A stretch of DNA of 64,000 nucleotides from Lobosporangium transversale (lineage: Eukaryota). The notes under the pieces are model-generated. The model saw nothing but the letters and a program-made list of their open reading frames with translations. It had not been told where the DNA came from and ran no database searches. A program made the position numbers and the translations under genes. The stretch is taken from NCBI RefSeq assembly GCF_002105155.1, contig NW_019029014.1, positions 124,001 to 188,000 of the forward strand, given 5' to 3'. This document shows positions 1 to 15,341 of this stretch, piece after piece (the first letter of the stretch is position 1; each line of letters opens with the position of its first letter).

Positions 1-271
1 TATGAGTTGCAAGAACTACATAAACATATTTTGAGGATAAAAAACACATTTGATTTTGTCATATCTATATTGTCGCTGTTGTATTGTTGATATCATATTT
101 TCTGGTAAAAAAAAGCTTTGCCGCGATGAGCTTTGCTGAGACAAACATAAAAAAATATAATCTAGATTGGGGGCTGTTTTAGGAAAGAAATAGGTGCGAT
201 CCATGATGAGTAGCAGAGAAATATCCTGCTTGCTTTTTTTTTTTTTTTTTTTTTTTTACACTGTCTGGTTT

Positions 272-1847
<1,576 letters not shown>

Positions 1848-2069
1848 GATGGCGAGAACGAGAGTGAAAGATCAGGAAGAGATCAATTAAACTCCCGAAG
1901 CTCTCTTTTTCTTGTCGGATGAAGTGTTGACGTGGAACTGAACGTTCGATGCGGATTTAATTGGCCCAGTGTGCCTGACCAAGCCAGACATGTCCCTTCC
2001 TGTCCAATGAAAAAATATTTTACATGTGTTTATTGGGAAAATATCAATGGTGCGGCCTGTGATATCTCA

Positions 2070-4670
2070 TCAGTCACAATAACTAATACAGGTGATGTTA
2101 TTCGTGACCTCGATTGAATCCGCAAGCCAAGGCGCCGGATCTCTGCACTCTTTATTTATTACACGTACTCCACCCCTTGATCCTACCTCTCCACACAGCG
2201 TCGGGCTTGAACTTCTACCAAAATCCAATTCCTCGCCTGCTTCTGAAACGATTCCTGTTGTTGTGATAGTCTCGACGGGTGGACTCTTTGTTTCTGTTTT
2301 TATACGATCTGTGGATAATCGGCCAGCAAACAGACCTGAAGTCTGTTTACCAAACCCACCCCATATCCGTGACAATAGCGTAGTCGTCGACTTTGATCCG
2401 TCTGTCATGGAGGCTGACCTTGTTATAGATGACGTTGCAGCTGCCTGAGGGCTATTTGTAGTTGTAGCCATTGCTATTGCTAATTTAGAAGTACCTAACG
2501 TCATATTGTTTTTAGACGCCTTAAACTTCGCTCCCATGTCAGATGTGCTTATTGATGCTTTCTCTTTGCCTTTGTAAGTCATCATATCTCGACTCTTGCT
2601 CTTCCTCAGCCGACCTTTTCCTCTGATTTTGGAAGATATGCGGAACATAATGGGTGATGAGCGTGTTCCGCGTGAGCTGGAGACATGAGGCCGCGTACCC
2701 TCGTTTGCTTCCTTTTGAGCTGAAGGTTGAGATTCTTCATACTTGTGAACAGCTCCAGTCTCTTCTTTAAGTAGTGTTGATAGAGAAAGAGCACCGTCCG
2801 TCAGCGATTTCGAAACTTCAGGGGTATTTACTTGTTCCGAGTCATCCTCCGCAGGTGCCATAATGGTGGATATTGATGAATGGGAGCGATTTTCATCCAT
2901 CTCTCCATCTGATTCATCATGGTATGAACGGGATTCGTTGGCTTCTTCTGGTGCAGAAGGTTTAGATTCTCCTCGCTCAACGTCTGCGTGACTTGGATGG
3001 ATAGCGCTCTCAAACGATGCTATCAGTGTTGGCTTTGTACTTATTGTTGCAGAAGAGGCGCTTGCTTCAATATAGTTTTGATCCAATATGACTAATGGGG
3101 ATGTTGCTGGACTAGATCCAAGATACAGGCGACTAATAGGCCTCAAAGGGAGGTTGAGACATTCGTCGAATGGTTGAGGCTTCAATGGTAGCGTACTTCC
3201 ACCTTCAGCGTCAATAATGCACTGCTGTGCAGCATTGGAAAAAATAGACTTTGTTTCAACAGAAAACACTTCTGTCGGAAAATGTCCGCTGTCTCTCAAA
3301 ACTATTGCTTTTTCCTTTTCTCGTGTTGCGAAGGTAATAGTGTTGCTTTCTGCCTGATCGTTTTCTATTGTGCTATCCGCTCGAGTAGATAAGGAAGAGG
3401 AAGAGGAGCTACGCTCAGGGTCTTCGAAAAAGATAGATTTTGATGCCATAAATGGACTGGTATGTAGAGAAGTTGTCGACAGAGTTGGCTCCGCCGCCGC
3501 ATAACCCAGATGAAAACGCGGACGCCTCCTCAGCACTTGCTGAGGGGAGGTTGATGATATTTCTTCTAAATTCACAATCATGGCATTATTCGACTCAGTA
3601 AGGTCGGTAGCTGTATTGAATGACTCCGATATTGTTTGGGATGCTTGTAAAATGTGATCGAGACCCATTCCTTGAAAACGAAGATTGGAGACAGAAAGGA
3701 ATCTCGCATCATCATCGTCGCTGAATTCATCATCTTCAATGTTTTCATCCTCTACATCATCGGATTCAGAGTCACCAACAGATTCACTACCATTGCTATC
3801 GTCGTCTTGCAAGACTCTTCTTACTCCAAGTCGCTTTTCTTCCTGATTTGAAAAGTCATGTAGGGAACCCGTTGAACTTTCCAATGGTTGAAAGGCGTTG
3901 AGGGCCATTTCGAAGTTAAACTTTTGTTGTTCTGCAAGGACACTTTCCATGAACTTCGTTTTCAAGCAAACCTGCCGAAACTCTTCGTTCATGCACTCAA
4001 TCGTTTTCTCCTTTTGCGCCAAGATATGCTTCAGTGCCTGCACAGTTTGCCGACAGTGCTGGATATCCTTATTAAGTGAATTATTTTGATTTAAAAGAAA
4101 TGCGTTTTCAATTTCAAGACGGTTGAGAGTATGTGATTGAGAACGACTCGCGTCTCTATCCACTTGCTGTGTACAATATGATGCAGCCTTAGGAACAGCT
4201 AATCGACTAGGCCTTGAAAGTAGTTGTGAACTTCCACGATTTGGAGGTAGGAGTGGCTGCATATAATTAACTTCTTGTACTTGCTGTTGTTCCTGCCCTC
4301 CTTGTTGCCCTTGTTGGTGTGTACATTGTTGTAGGAGCGACGAGACAACTTCGAGTTCCGGATTTGTGTCATGCAGTGCAGGCGAAGGCTCCTGTAATGA
4401 TAAATCGCCAATATGTGTATCAAAATCTTGTTCTTCCTCTATTGCAATGTTATTAAATATCCCTTCCAAGAGACTGCAATGATCGGTCGCCTCTACAGAT
4501 TGGGTAAGATGTTGTTCCTGTTGGATGGTATCATTGTAGATGTATTCGATGCACTCAATAGACATGTACTGTTGGTCTGATACCTGCATACCCATTTCTG
4601 GATCACGTTCGGATGTGACTATCTCGGAAATGTGGACAGTCGGTATTATTGGTATTATTGATGCAGGCAT
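2070..4670 (-). CDS. Uncharacterised 866-aa low-complexity protein with a short coiled coil
   Basis: Long uninterrupted ORF; heptad-like segment LNRLEIENAFLLNQNNSLNKDIQHCRQTVQALK; otherwise S/E/Q-rich. No family recognised. Confidence 0.7.
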   Translation of the reverse strand: MPASIIPIIPTVHISEIVTSERDPEMGMQVSDQQYMSIECIEYIYNDTIQQEQHLTQSVEATDHCSLLEGIFNNIAIEEEQDFDTHIGDLSLQEPSPALHDTNPELEVVSSLLQQCTHQQGQQGGQEQQQVQEVNYMQPLLPPNRGSSQLLSRPSRLAVPKAASYCTQQVDRDASRSQSHTLNRLEIENAFLLNQNNSLNKDIQHCRQTVQALKHILAQKEKTIECMNEEFRQVCLKTKFMESVLAEQQKFNFEMALNAFQPLESSTGSLHDFSNQEEKRLGVRRVLQDDDSNGSESVGDSESDDVEDENIEDDEFSDDDDARFLSVSNLRFQGMGLDHILQASQTISESFNTATDLTESNNAMIVNLEEISSTSPQQVLRRRPRFHLGYAAAEPTLSTTSLHTSPFMASKSIFFEDPERSSSSSSLSTRADSTIENDQAESNTITFATREKEKAIVLRDSGHFPTEVFSVETKSIFSNAAQQCIIDAEGGSTLPLKPQPFDECLNLPLRPISRLYLGSSPATSPLVILDQNYIEASASSATISTKPTLIASFESAIHPSHADVERGESKPSAPEEANESRSYHDESDGEMDENRSHSSISTIMAPAEDDSEQVNTPEVSKSLTDGALSLSTLLKEETGAVHKYEESQPSAQKEANEGTRPHVSSSRGTRSSPIMFRISSKIRGKGRLRKSKSRDMMTYKGKEKASISTSDMGAKFKASKNNMTLGTSKLAIAMATTTNSPQAAATSSITRSASMTDGSKSTTTLLSRIWGGFGKQTSGLFAGRLSTDRIKTETKSPPVETITTTGIVSEAGEELDFGRSSSPTLCGEVGSRGGVRVINKECRDPAPWLADSIEVTNNITCISYCD

Positions 4671-6037
4671 ATTGTTAGCTATTGTGTTCTTGTTGCTGTA
4701 GTGGTTACTGATGTGATGTTATTATGAAGCGAACTGTAAAGAAAGAAATGTGAAAATCAATCGATCAGCTTTCCAAAAGATCAATTGTCTACTACCGTGA
4801 ATAGACTGGCACACCTCCTTCTTTCTTCCTCCAAAAATAATAATAAAAAAAAAACTGGTTCAACAGTTGGATGTGGCTACAGAAGTTTACATGGCCATGG
4901 TCCTACCAAAAAGATTTATGTGCGAGTGTTTTTCTGTGTGGTTTTTTTGTACGATGACGAACGAACAGGAGTTTTTTTCCTTTTCGGCAGATCCCTGTGT
5001 CTATCTGGAATGCTTTTGAAGAGTGAAGATATTCACGCGATAGAGGTCTTAATGCTGACACCAATAATAAATGCCCTTGATACCGATGCTGATGAAAATG
5101 CTATAGTTGGTGGAATTGGAAATGAGTGAATAAGAAAAGGAAAAAAAAAAGGGGCAGGGATAAGGATCAGGAGGAAGAGGAAGAGGAAGAGGAAGAAGAG
5201 AGAAAAAGGGGTAAATTGAAAGAACAAAAATACTAACCAGTGGTTGTTGGTGGTGCATGTACTTTTTTTAAACACAAAATGTGGAAAGTGTGTTTTGGGT
5301 CCAGAATGACTAACATGTATGAATATAGACAGTTGACTAACGGCAAAAGATGACTGAGGCTTTAATGACAGGTATCATTGGCCTTGGATTTGAACAGGGA
5401 CGGGGGAGCAATGGTCAATTCAGGGGCAAATTCACTTTTACGCAAATGTATCCTTTTATGGTCATTTTTATGGTCTTTATTTTTTCCCGCCAAAAAAAAT
5501 AAAAAATAAAAAAAAAAAAAAAAGTGATACATATAATCCTACTACAAACAATACCTGGAAGTAAATATTAGCACAGAAGTGAATGGGAAAAAAGTGACAA
5601 GATGACATATTTTATTTTATTTTTTCCCGCAACCTTCGAAGCTCGGAAGGAAGTCTTTCGATAAGGTTGTGTCCCGACAGGAAGAAGGCGAACAGACCGC
5701 TAAAATCTGTCGCATTATGACATATAACACATATGCCTCCATATTCCAATGCCTAGTTGTATTGGAAAACAAAAAGGCGAAAGGAGTTTATACCAATTTT
5801 TGATAAAATAAAATAAAATAAAAAAAAGGGCCATCCAGGGGATAGACGAAAATAAGGAGAAAAGGTGGTTCTGCCGATTGTCCAATTTTTTTCAACGATC
5901 GAAAGTTGAGCCATGGAACTTTTAGTTTAGCCAATAATGCCGGTAATGGTTGACTGATCGATGAAAAGAGACAATCCGTATCATGAAATGTCCCCGCCAT
6001 ATATATTTTTCTGTGTTGCACACAAGTTTTTGAGGCT

Positions 6038-8196
6038 TCAACTTGACGAAGCAGGACCTTCTGAAACACCGACATCTTTCCTTTGCCAGATATGCTTGTT
6101 AATCTCGAGACAACTTAGACTCATGTGGGTCGCAAAAGTCCTTCTCACTAGCTCTGAAACATCGTCGCTACCAACATCTACCCACGGGAGACCTAGTGTA
6201 ATGTTCTCTAGTGCACTTGAGCATATTTCAGATGTCACAGGATTCAATGCATTTGATAGATTCTATACCATCATAATGGGTTCCAACCAAACTAGCTTAT
6301 TAGCACTTCATTCATAAAGAAAAAAAACGCCATTGCTGTTGGACTGATTGAAAAACATATTACCTCCATGGAGCATTTAAACAAACGGACGTTCAAGACT
6401 CGCAAGGTTAAAAACCAGCACTCTAAGGCAGCTTTAAGTATAGGTAGGGATACCCAGTGCTCGATCAACACTAGTGTCTCCAACCAACGTATCCTCTTCG
6501 TGTTGTTCTCTCTGTGCATTAGTCCTGATACAAGTCGATCGCCTGTTGATATGACCATGCTCTGACCTATTTCTTGACAGCGAGAACAAGCTCTGCTAAG
6601 CCTAGATGACGGGTGCTTTTCCGCCTTGAGGTTGGTCCTTGTACGCCAACAGGATTTCCTGTCCACAACGAAAACCTTTAGTCTAGGCCCGCATAGATCC
6701 AGTAGACCCTCCACTGTCACCTGTGATCCATAGTACGAATCCAGAAGCTCAATCTCCACCAATCCTTCTCTCTTCTCGCTACCGTCCCAGCAAGGTTGAA
6801 AGTCGGCCAATGAGTCGTCCGAGAGCCAAGTAAGATGTTGCAACCGAAGGCGTGCTAAATGTGCACAGTGGTGGCTAAGCTCTTTGAGTGCTAAATCAGT
6901 CCTGGATTCAACATCTACTTGCACTGAGATGTTACTGCCCAGTGCAACCGTCGCCGAAGGAGTTATTACTGGTGCTTCTGGTACGCTAAGCTCGCTGACA
7001 TTGCTCTCTGCTGATCCTTCTGCTGTATCCACAGTACTGAGGCTGAAGCATTGTGAACAGATGTGACATGATCCCTCCATTTCCGCATTATCATAATTAT
7101 TACCGGCATTATTATTGCTATAATTCTGATTGCTACCATTATCCCAGTCCGCAGGACCATCGACAGGAAAGAGCGAGTGATTACCCATGGGCCTGATCGT
7201 GATAGGCTGGCGGATCTCCAGTGTCCTTAATGACGATCCACAAGATCGAGCAAGCTGTGTAAGAACAGTATTACCTGCTGCCTGACAGTGGTCGAGTGTT
7301 AAGGACCTAAGTTGCTTGGCCCGGCCAAGAATCTCAGCTACAGCCATAAACTCGTTATGCCTTGTAGGTGGACGCGAAAATGTCAGCTCTTGAAGATATG
7401 GCAGATTCATTTCAAGAAGCTCCAGGAGTGGAACTTTTAAAAGCCACTTGTAGTAGAGCCGTTGCAATTTCATCCCAGGGACTTCGCGAAGAATCTCATG
7501 AATTGGATCTGAAATGACTCTGGATACATCCAGTAGCATAACAACAGGCCCTGGTGGCGGTAATGACCTTTTCTTTCGCCGTTGTAGGACAGGCTTAGTA
7601 GAGGTTGGTGGATGTGTAGATGTAGTAATATTCAATGATTCAGAAGGAGTTGTAGAAGCTGTTATGTTAGATAAAGGCAAAATAGATGTTTTTGGACCAG
7701 TTGGGCTCAACAAAGCCGAAGCAGAGGAGGACGAAGAAAAGCCAATCCTTGAGAAAGCAGGCGCTGTCCAGAGAAGTGCCTGTAGATCCCAAAGTTGGAT
7801 CAAGTCCTCCTTGACAAAGTCGTCGGGGCCAATGATGCGGCAAGGTTTTTTAATAAGAGAGCGATAGTCAATGCCAAGGTTGTGACGCGCATGAGGAACA
7901 GGCGGTTGTGTATCCCAGAAGATTGTTTCGCCGTTGAGTCTATCTTGGAGTGAAAGGGTTGTAATGAAAGCATCGATTGAGCTACGAGACAAAACAGGCT
8001 GCTCATAGAGGAGTTCGAGAGCAAGGCGAGCCCAGGACTTGCAGAGAGTCAGGATGGGCCAAAGGACACTTGGATGGTCATGGTAAGGTAAGAAAGAGAG
8101 AATATGGAGGGTTATCTCGGGGGCTAATCTGGCTACTACTTGACGTGAGTGTGGTAACTTAGGCGCTGGGGCTTGTGGAGGGGGTAGCGGCGGCAT
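6038..8196 (-). CDS. F-box/LRR (RNI-like) protein
   Basis: F-box-like LAPEITLHILSFL...LTLCKSWARLALELLY, then LRR-like LRSLTLDHC and LARLRLQHLTWLSD. Intron 6363-6263 (GTAATA...TATAG) joins the 6038-6262 exon in frame. Confidence 0.75.
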
Positions 8197-8914
8197 AGTG
8201 TTGATGATCAAAATATCCTAAAAAGACACAAGTATGTCGCCAGGGAAAAAAAAGTAGGGAAACAGAAGAAAATGAGTAAGGAATGGAAAGAAGAAGAGAA
8301 CGATGGATAGATGGATGAGTGAATGTATGAGATGAAGAATGATCAAGAAATGATTGTGAATGACAGCATGTTATCTCAAACTGACGATTTGTGAAAAAGT
8401 GCATATACAAATGACTCACTTGGGTACAAATAAACTATCCCAGCAGTTGAGAAGCCATTGTCACATGAGGGTGCCATCTGGTCTGTGCGTACGGGCGACA
8501 TCATGATGGGTGTATATTATACATACACATATTTTGGGCCCGATAACACACTTTTCAAATTGATCGCGAAGACTAGATTAGGTGTTATTACAGCTGATTA
8601 TTAACTGCTTCATGACCCATAAGTAACTGTGTTGTTTGAACATGATTCAAGCTTCAAGGAAACATCAACCAAACTATATCTTTTGTAATAATGGAGTAAT
8701 GTCTACAAGCTGTGAAATAATTGCAAATGCAGCACAGCATGATAGTGAGAAACTGGATGTGTCAATGAGCATGCCGCAGTCTCCTCAAGTAAACAGGACT
8801 TTTAATAATAAATATTTTTATAAAATTCTAAAGTGGTTCATGTCAAAGAACAGCTCACGAGGGACGACCACCATGACCCCTAGCGATCTTGTCTATAGAT
8901 GTCTCTTTCCATGT

Positions 8915-10366
8915 TTAGAAGGCGGCGAGGACAGTGCCAGCAATAGCCACAATCGCCATCAAAACACCACTGTTCATCGTAAGAGCATTGGCACCACCAC
9001 CGGGGGGAAGGACAGAAGGACCAGAAGGTTTGCCGGTTCCACTAGGCGAACCATGTGTCTTGGTGGTGTTGGTAGGGAGGTTGACGCTGTTCTGGTAGGG
9101 ATTAGCATCACCGAGGCAGTCAGCAACAGAGGTAACCTTGAGCTTTGCCTGAGCACCCACAGGAACAATAGCCTGGGCAAATTTGATGGTGACTGGGTAA
9201 AGATCATGCTCAAGGGTGATGATACCTTTGGCACCAGGGTTTGCACCATAGGTCATGAGATTGTTGGTCATCCTACGAAGAGCTGCATCAAGGCCTGAGG
9301 GATTGGCATTCAAGGCAACGTCCCTAGAATCATAATCGTCGCTTGTCCTGTAAGAACAATAGACGTGGTATGTTAATGATAAGGAAGCCTGTCTTTGTTT
9401 TTCCGGACATTCTCTTACCATGGCATGAATGAGCCGACAGCTGGAGTAAAAGACGAAAAGACGCAAAACAAAACGAAAACACATACCAATCAACAACAAT
9501 GTAACCCAGCTTCTTGACAATAGCACGGACACGATTGTCAATATCGCCATATGGAGGACGCATGTACTTCATGCGCAGACCAGTGATATCAAAAACGGCT
9601 TTCTCAGTCCACTTCAACTCCGCGACGATTTGCTGGTTGGAGAGGGTGGTTAGAGCGTGATGGGACCAGGTATGAGAGGCAATATGGTGACCTTCAGCAA
9701 CCTCCCGCCTCAATACTTCTGCATTGCGGACGACGTTACTTCCCATGACAAAGAATGAGGCCTTGATATTGTTAGTCTTAAGGAAATCCAACAGAGGTGG
9801 TGTTTCAGGAGTTGGGCCTGTTAGTCGTTAATAAGAGAAGTTAAGTAATTAATATGAATCACCAAAACAGGATGCAGGGGGCATATGAATGTCAAACAAA
9901 GACGTTGGCCATCACTGTAACTGACATTCACAACTGCTGATGTACACCACACTGAGATGATGCTTATTCAAGCGTGCTCAAAGATATCATTAAGCAAGAG
10001 CGAGGACAGGAAAAAGAAAATACAAAGGCTCAATAATAACAACTGTACTGTCTTACCATCATCAAAAGTAAGACCCCATGTCCCAGGCGTGGGACAAGAT
10101 TCAATATCATCAGCGGGGCAAGTTTGACATGTCCACCAGCACTGGTCAGCAGGGATTTTATCGATTGTAGGGCATATAGGTGGATTTCCAGTGTGCGTAG
10201 GGAAGGTGGGGACATCAGCAAAGGAAATATCCTTGAGCCACTGCTTCATTTGAGGCGAGTCGATTGGGGGCACTTCATTGACAGGAGGGAAATCTGTAGG
10301 GTTGAATTGAGCTGTGGCGGCAGTAGCTAGGATGGCAAATGCCACAGTAGAGAAAACGGCCTTCAT
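8915..10366 (-). CDS. Chitin/polysaccharide deacetylase (CE4/NodB), secreted, probably GPI-anchored
   Basis: Signal peptide MKAVFSTVAFAILATAATA; CE4 motifs TFDDG|P, HTWSH, RPPYG and LEHD; S/G/T-rich tail with hydrophobic C-terminus. Confidence 0.9.
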
Positions 10367-11703
10367 GATGTTTAGAGCTACTTCGTAACTGAGCACAAGG
10401 TTAATGTGGATGTGATGAAATGGGATGAAAGGGTAGAATTATTATATCAGTGTGTGTTCAGACAGGAGACCCGCTGTTTGCGTTTTGTAGGATTGAGAGA
10501 GAAGGTAAAGGTGAAGAAGGAATAAACTGGCGGGTGAAGAAAAGAAAGAAAGAGAAAAAAAAAAAAAAAACTCAAACAAGCGCTTAAATCTTCAATCTTT
10601 TGAAAGGATCTTTGATGTTGAGCTGAGTTTGGTCGAACGGTCCCTTTTATTTTAATTGTTGCATTATCAAACAAAAAGTGGGGTGGCCAAGAGAGGCCTT
10701 TTACTGTCTGGAAAATAGCCCTAAGAATAGAAAAAATACATTCATGAATGAATATGCAAATGCACAATTCAACTGACTAACCGACTTATCAAACTGGGAA
10801 GAAAAATAATGAACACATCCATTGTTTGTGAAAGGCTTTTTTTTTTTTTTTTTAGTTGTGACCCACCCTCCCTGTTCCCCACACTGCCCCGGCTAGCGCC
10901 TGTTCACTCTCGCACCCCTCTTTAATCATTCTTCTTGAGAATCCTATGCCTTGCCTTGCCTTGCCTTGTCTTGTCTTGCCCTACCTTTTTTTTAACAGAG
11001 GTTAGCTAAGATAAACGTACACACACCAACATGGTCGTTGCCAAAAGAAAAAGAAATATTGTGGTATTGTGTGGTGTGTGGGTATATTTCATCAATTCCA
11101 ATAATGAGCATTGAGAGCATTTTTCATAACATAAGGTTTCTTCCTTTTCCTTTTTCTCTTTCCTCTATGACAATTACCCGGTAACAGCGATGGTGCGGCA
11201 AAAGTAGACTTCATTTATATCTGTGGAAGAATACATTACAAAATATATATTTGCGAATAAAGAGTGTTTTACACTAGCGCCATATCATCAATAGGTTAAA
11301 GGGAAAAGGAAGAATTCCTAGCCTTTAAACATTCAAGGGGTGCAGGTGCAACACTAAGAAAAAAATAGTAACTAAGACCTATTAGTAGAGACCATTAGCC
11401 CTTTGGTCCTGCGTATTTTCAAAGGTCTGTGTTTATCGTATTGTAATATTGTAAGCACGGAAACAACGACAACGACAACAATATCGGCACACGCAAACGC
11501 ACAGGCCGAAGGACAAAGGCTGAAGGACACAGCCATGAACGCTTGAACATTTCAAGAACCCAAATGCCAGCTTGCTTATGCTAAGTGGCTTATTTAGGCC
11601 ATATCCACGTGACTTGACCAAATTCAAGAATCAATGTGTGTGTATTTGAGTCTGCTGTAAGCCATTTGTGGTTTGCTCCTTCTCTAAATCATTCTCGGCT
11701 ACA

Positions 11704-13409
11704 ATGGTATAAAGATAAAAAAACGATTGGGACACATCCATCCATTCTTTATCTATCCATCCATCCATCCATCCATCCATCCATCCATTCACGGTTGGTT
11801 ATGTATTAGATGATGGATAGCATTCCAATACACTGCATTACATTACATTGGATTCACAGTTATATGTGCAATACCTATCATTGATGGTTTCTCATTCACA
11901 TTCAGTTCATGGAGCAATTTGGGACGGATCATGACATTTTCGCTTTACCACAATAATATCTGGATAGACCGACTAAATCAGAATGGAAAACTTCTTTTAA
12001 CGAGCAATGCATGGCCAGCAACCTTGTTACATTTGAGTATTGATCCTAGAGGCATGAACGTTAAGTCGATACATCCCACCAATCTGCTTGATATATTATT
12101 ATGGCCTTAGGGATCCTTTTCTATCAATCATTCGGACGCCAGCAATATCGAAACTGCATAGTATATTTCTATTGAAGCGCATTGGCTGACCTAAGACCTG
12201 GATGTTTTTTTTCTTTCTGTGTGTATATACGGCATTTCATATAATTAGTCTCACCGTAAGTTTGAGAGACCTCGTCACGGTTCCCTTGGATTCTTGCCTC
12301 GCAAGCGCGCCGCTCGCCACAGAGGAAAAGCCAAGTCCTTCCCTAAGGATGATCCTTCCAAGCCCGTGCACTTGACCGCCTTCATGGGTTACAAGGCCGG
12401 CATGACCCACGTTGTCCGTGACTTGGATCGTCCCGGCTCCAAGATGCACAAGAAGGAGATTGTCGAGGCCGTCACTATCATCGAAACCCCTCCTATGGTT
12501 GTTGTTGGTGTTGTCGGTTACGTCGAGACTCCTCGTGGTCTCCGCTCTTTGACCACCGTCTGGGCTGAGCACTTGTCTGAGGAGCTCAAGCGCCGCTTCT
12601 ACAAGAACTGGTATCGCTCCAAGAAAAAGGCCTTCACCAAGTACGCTAAGCAGCACGCCAACGGTGCCAAGCCCATTCTCCGTGAGCTCGAGCGTATCAA
12701 GAAATACTGCTCAGTCGTTCGTGTCATTGTCCACACTCAGGTCCGAAAGGTCAAGATTGGTCAGAAGAAGGCCCATGTCATGGAGGTTCAGTTGAACGGA
12801 GGCTCCGTCGCTGATAAGGTTAAGTTTGCCTACGAGCACTTTGAGAAGACCGTTGACGTTAGCTCTGTATTGGAGCAGGATGAGATGATTGATGTCATTG
12901 CTGTTACCAAGGGTCACGGTTTCGAGGGTGTTACTCACCGTTGGGGTACCAAGAAGCTTCCTCGCAAGACCCACAAAGGTCTTCGTAAGGTTGCTTGTAT
13001 CGGAGCTTGGCATCCTTCCCGTGTTATGTTCTCTGTTCCCCGTGCTGGTCAGAACGGTTACCATCACCGTACTGAGGTCAATAAGAAGATCTACCGCATT
13101 GGCAAGGGCGAGGACAAGTCCAATGCTAAGACTGACTACGATTTGACTGAGAAGGCCATCACTCCTCTCGGTGGCTTCCCTCACTACGGTATTGTCAACG
13201 AGGACTACGTCATGATCAAGGGATGCTGCGCTGGTACCAAGAAGCGCGTCGTTACTCTCCGCAAATCTCTTTTGGTCCACACAAAGCGCTCTGCTTTGGA
13301 GAACGTTCAGCTCAAGTTCATCGATACCTCCTCCAAGTTCGGTCACGGTCGCTTCCAGACCCGCGATGAGCGTCAGCAATTCCAAGGCACCTTGAAGAAG
13401 GATCTTTAA
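11704..13409 (+). CDS. RPL3: 60S ribosomal protein L3 (uL3); ATG-only first exon inferred at 11704-11706, main exon 12249-13409
   Basis: After acceptor ATTAG (12248) the frame reads [21 protein letters not shown]...[16 protein letters not shown]. Position of the ATG|GTATAA first exon is inferred. Confidence 0.97.
11756..11787. repeat. (ATCC)n microsatellite in RPL3 intron
   Basis: Tandem atcc units visible in sequence. Confidence 0.8.
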
Positions 13410-13617
13410 AGGAAAATATTTCTTTTTCGGTACCGTGGAGCTTTGCACGGACCGCGTGAGATGTTTGTAATAAAATGATTTCTGCGCCCATGCATGCAAT
13501 CTAAAACCCCGTGTTTTTGTTTCTTGTAGAAATGCGTATGAGTATTTATTAATTTTTAAAAGGATATGTAGAAATGATTAGTCATGATTATGGGTTTATG
13601 GGTTTATGGGTTTATGA

Positions 13618-14427
13618 TTACATGAAAGTGTCTTCCTGTTGACTTTTGTAAAGCCTAGCTGAAATCTTTTGCTTGTAAGCCTTGCTTGTAGCTCTGTCCT
13701 CAACAAATGGGAGGAAAGAAAGTTGTGGTCGGTTATTGTTAAATTTGTCATTAGCTGCGTTGAGACCCAAGGCAGCACTGAAGATTAGCTTGCGCATCAT
13801 GCCCGCAAGGAATCCTTGGCTGTGAAGAACTTTGTCCAAGTGGTTGGTGTCGTCGATAGACATCTTGACCACTGTGCTTCGCTTCATCTGATACTTTTTA
13901 AATGTTTTGTTGATCTCGTTCGGAGTGTTGTGTTCCATGTCATAGAGTAGGTTGACTAAACACACATTATCCAATAGACATTGGATCGCTCCTTGGCCTC
14001 CAAACACCAGTTGCTGATGGCACGCATCGCCTACAAGAACAATGCGACCATGATGCCAAGTCTTGTAAAGGCGTTCCTCTATATCGATTCGGGTGATATG
14101 CTTCCGTGGTGTATGACTCAAAAAATCACGTACGCTCCCCACGCCCATTGCACAGCGTGCGTTGAAGAGTTCTTGAAATTGCTCTTCAAAATCTGGCGCA
14201 GGAGCGAGCCAGTCATCGTAGATTTTAGGCTGTGGTGAAGGCGTATCATCGTTGTTGCCATAATTGGACGATCGTTGTTTAGATGATGGCAGCAATCCAT
14301 TGATACCCCAAGCGACACGGTCACCAGGCACTGGCGTGTACCAGAACTAGAAAGAGACAAATAATTATACATGTGTATAGAAATAAGGTATTAATATGAT
14401 TGTTGTTGAATGCATCGAAAGAAAGCG

Positions 14428-14463
<36 letters not shown>

Positions 14464-15341
14464 GCTAGAGCGTGCAGCTCATGTCCTTATCTCGCTTCAC
14501 CTACAGAGTAAGGTTGTTCCTTTGTATAGATCACTCTGAATTCTGAACATTCATCCGACACAGTGGGATAGTTACTCTGGCTAAGTGGATCTGAGAGGCC
14601 GGTGATGCAAATGTGTTCGTAGGTGGATGGTACCATATCAGCATCAGGCAATTTCCCTTGATCTGCTAATTGTTTAAACATGCATTGGCGAGTCAGACTT
14701 TGGGCGCCATCGGCGCCGACCACAATGTCACCATAATAGGTTGATCCATCTGAACACTTGCAAGAAACGCCATTAGGATTTTGAAGCGTTTCTACCACAA
14801 CCTTGCCTCGATGTAAATTTGTTGGAGGAACCCTTGACAGCAAAATCTTGTAAAACGCAGGTCGAGTCATGATCCGAAATGGATATCCATATCTCTCTTT
14901 CTCAGGACTTTCAATTCGACCTAGCTTTCGACACTCGCTATCGACAACACTCAAGCCTGAGATTGGCTTCGACGCCCTTTCAATTTGTTCTAGAAGGCCC
15001 ATTTGATCCAATAACCGCAGTACGGGCGGGCCCAGAGCAAGAGCTGCCCCTCTCCCAGCTTCGTCTTCGCTACAACGCTCCAAAATCTCATATTCAATAC
15101 CTGCTAAATCCATCATAATGGCGAGAGAGAGACCAGCGATACCACCACCCACAATCAAGGCTTTAATGGAATTGACATCTTTGCGGTGAGATATAGTTAG
15201 GATAGACATGTCAAATGGTGTAGCCTTGGACGGGTCCTCACACGCTTGCGGTGCGTGCGCTGGTGGAAGTGGCTTTAGCTTCGTACATTCATCGGATCCT
15301 AATGTGGAAGTTGATGCGTGTGCTTGAGATCGCTGACTCAT
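13618..15341 (-). CDS. FAD-dependent monooxygenase (FAD_binding_3 / UbiH-like), two exons
   Basis: GxGxxG motif IVGGGIAGL, VVGADGAQS, and GRIVLVGDACH...GGQGA; intron at about 14502-14348. Confidence 0.9.

Noticed and set aside
11707..12248. Intronic snoRNA in the long RPL3 intron
   Set aside because: No convincing RUGAUGA/CUGA pair with terminal stem or rRNA complementarity could be identified by eye; snoscan/Infernal would be needed.
12237..13499. Long antisense ORFs (139 and 262 aa) over RPL3
   Set aside because: Shadow ORFs caused by the strong codon bias of a highly expressed gene.
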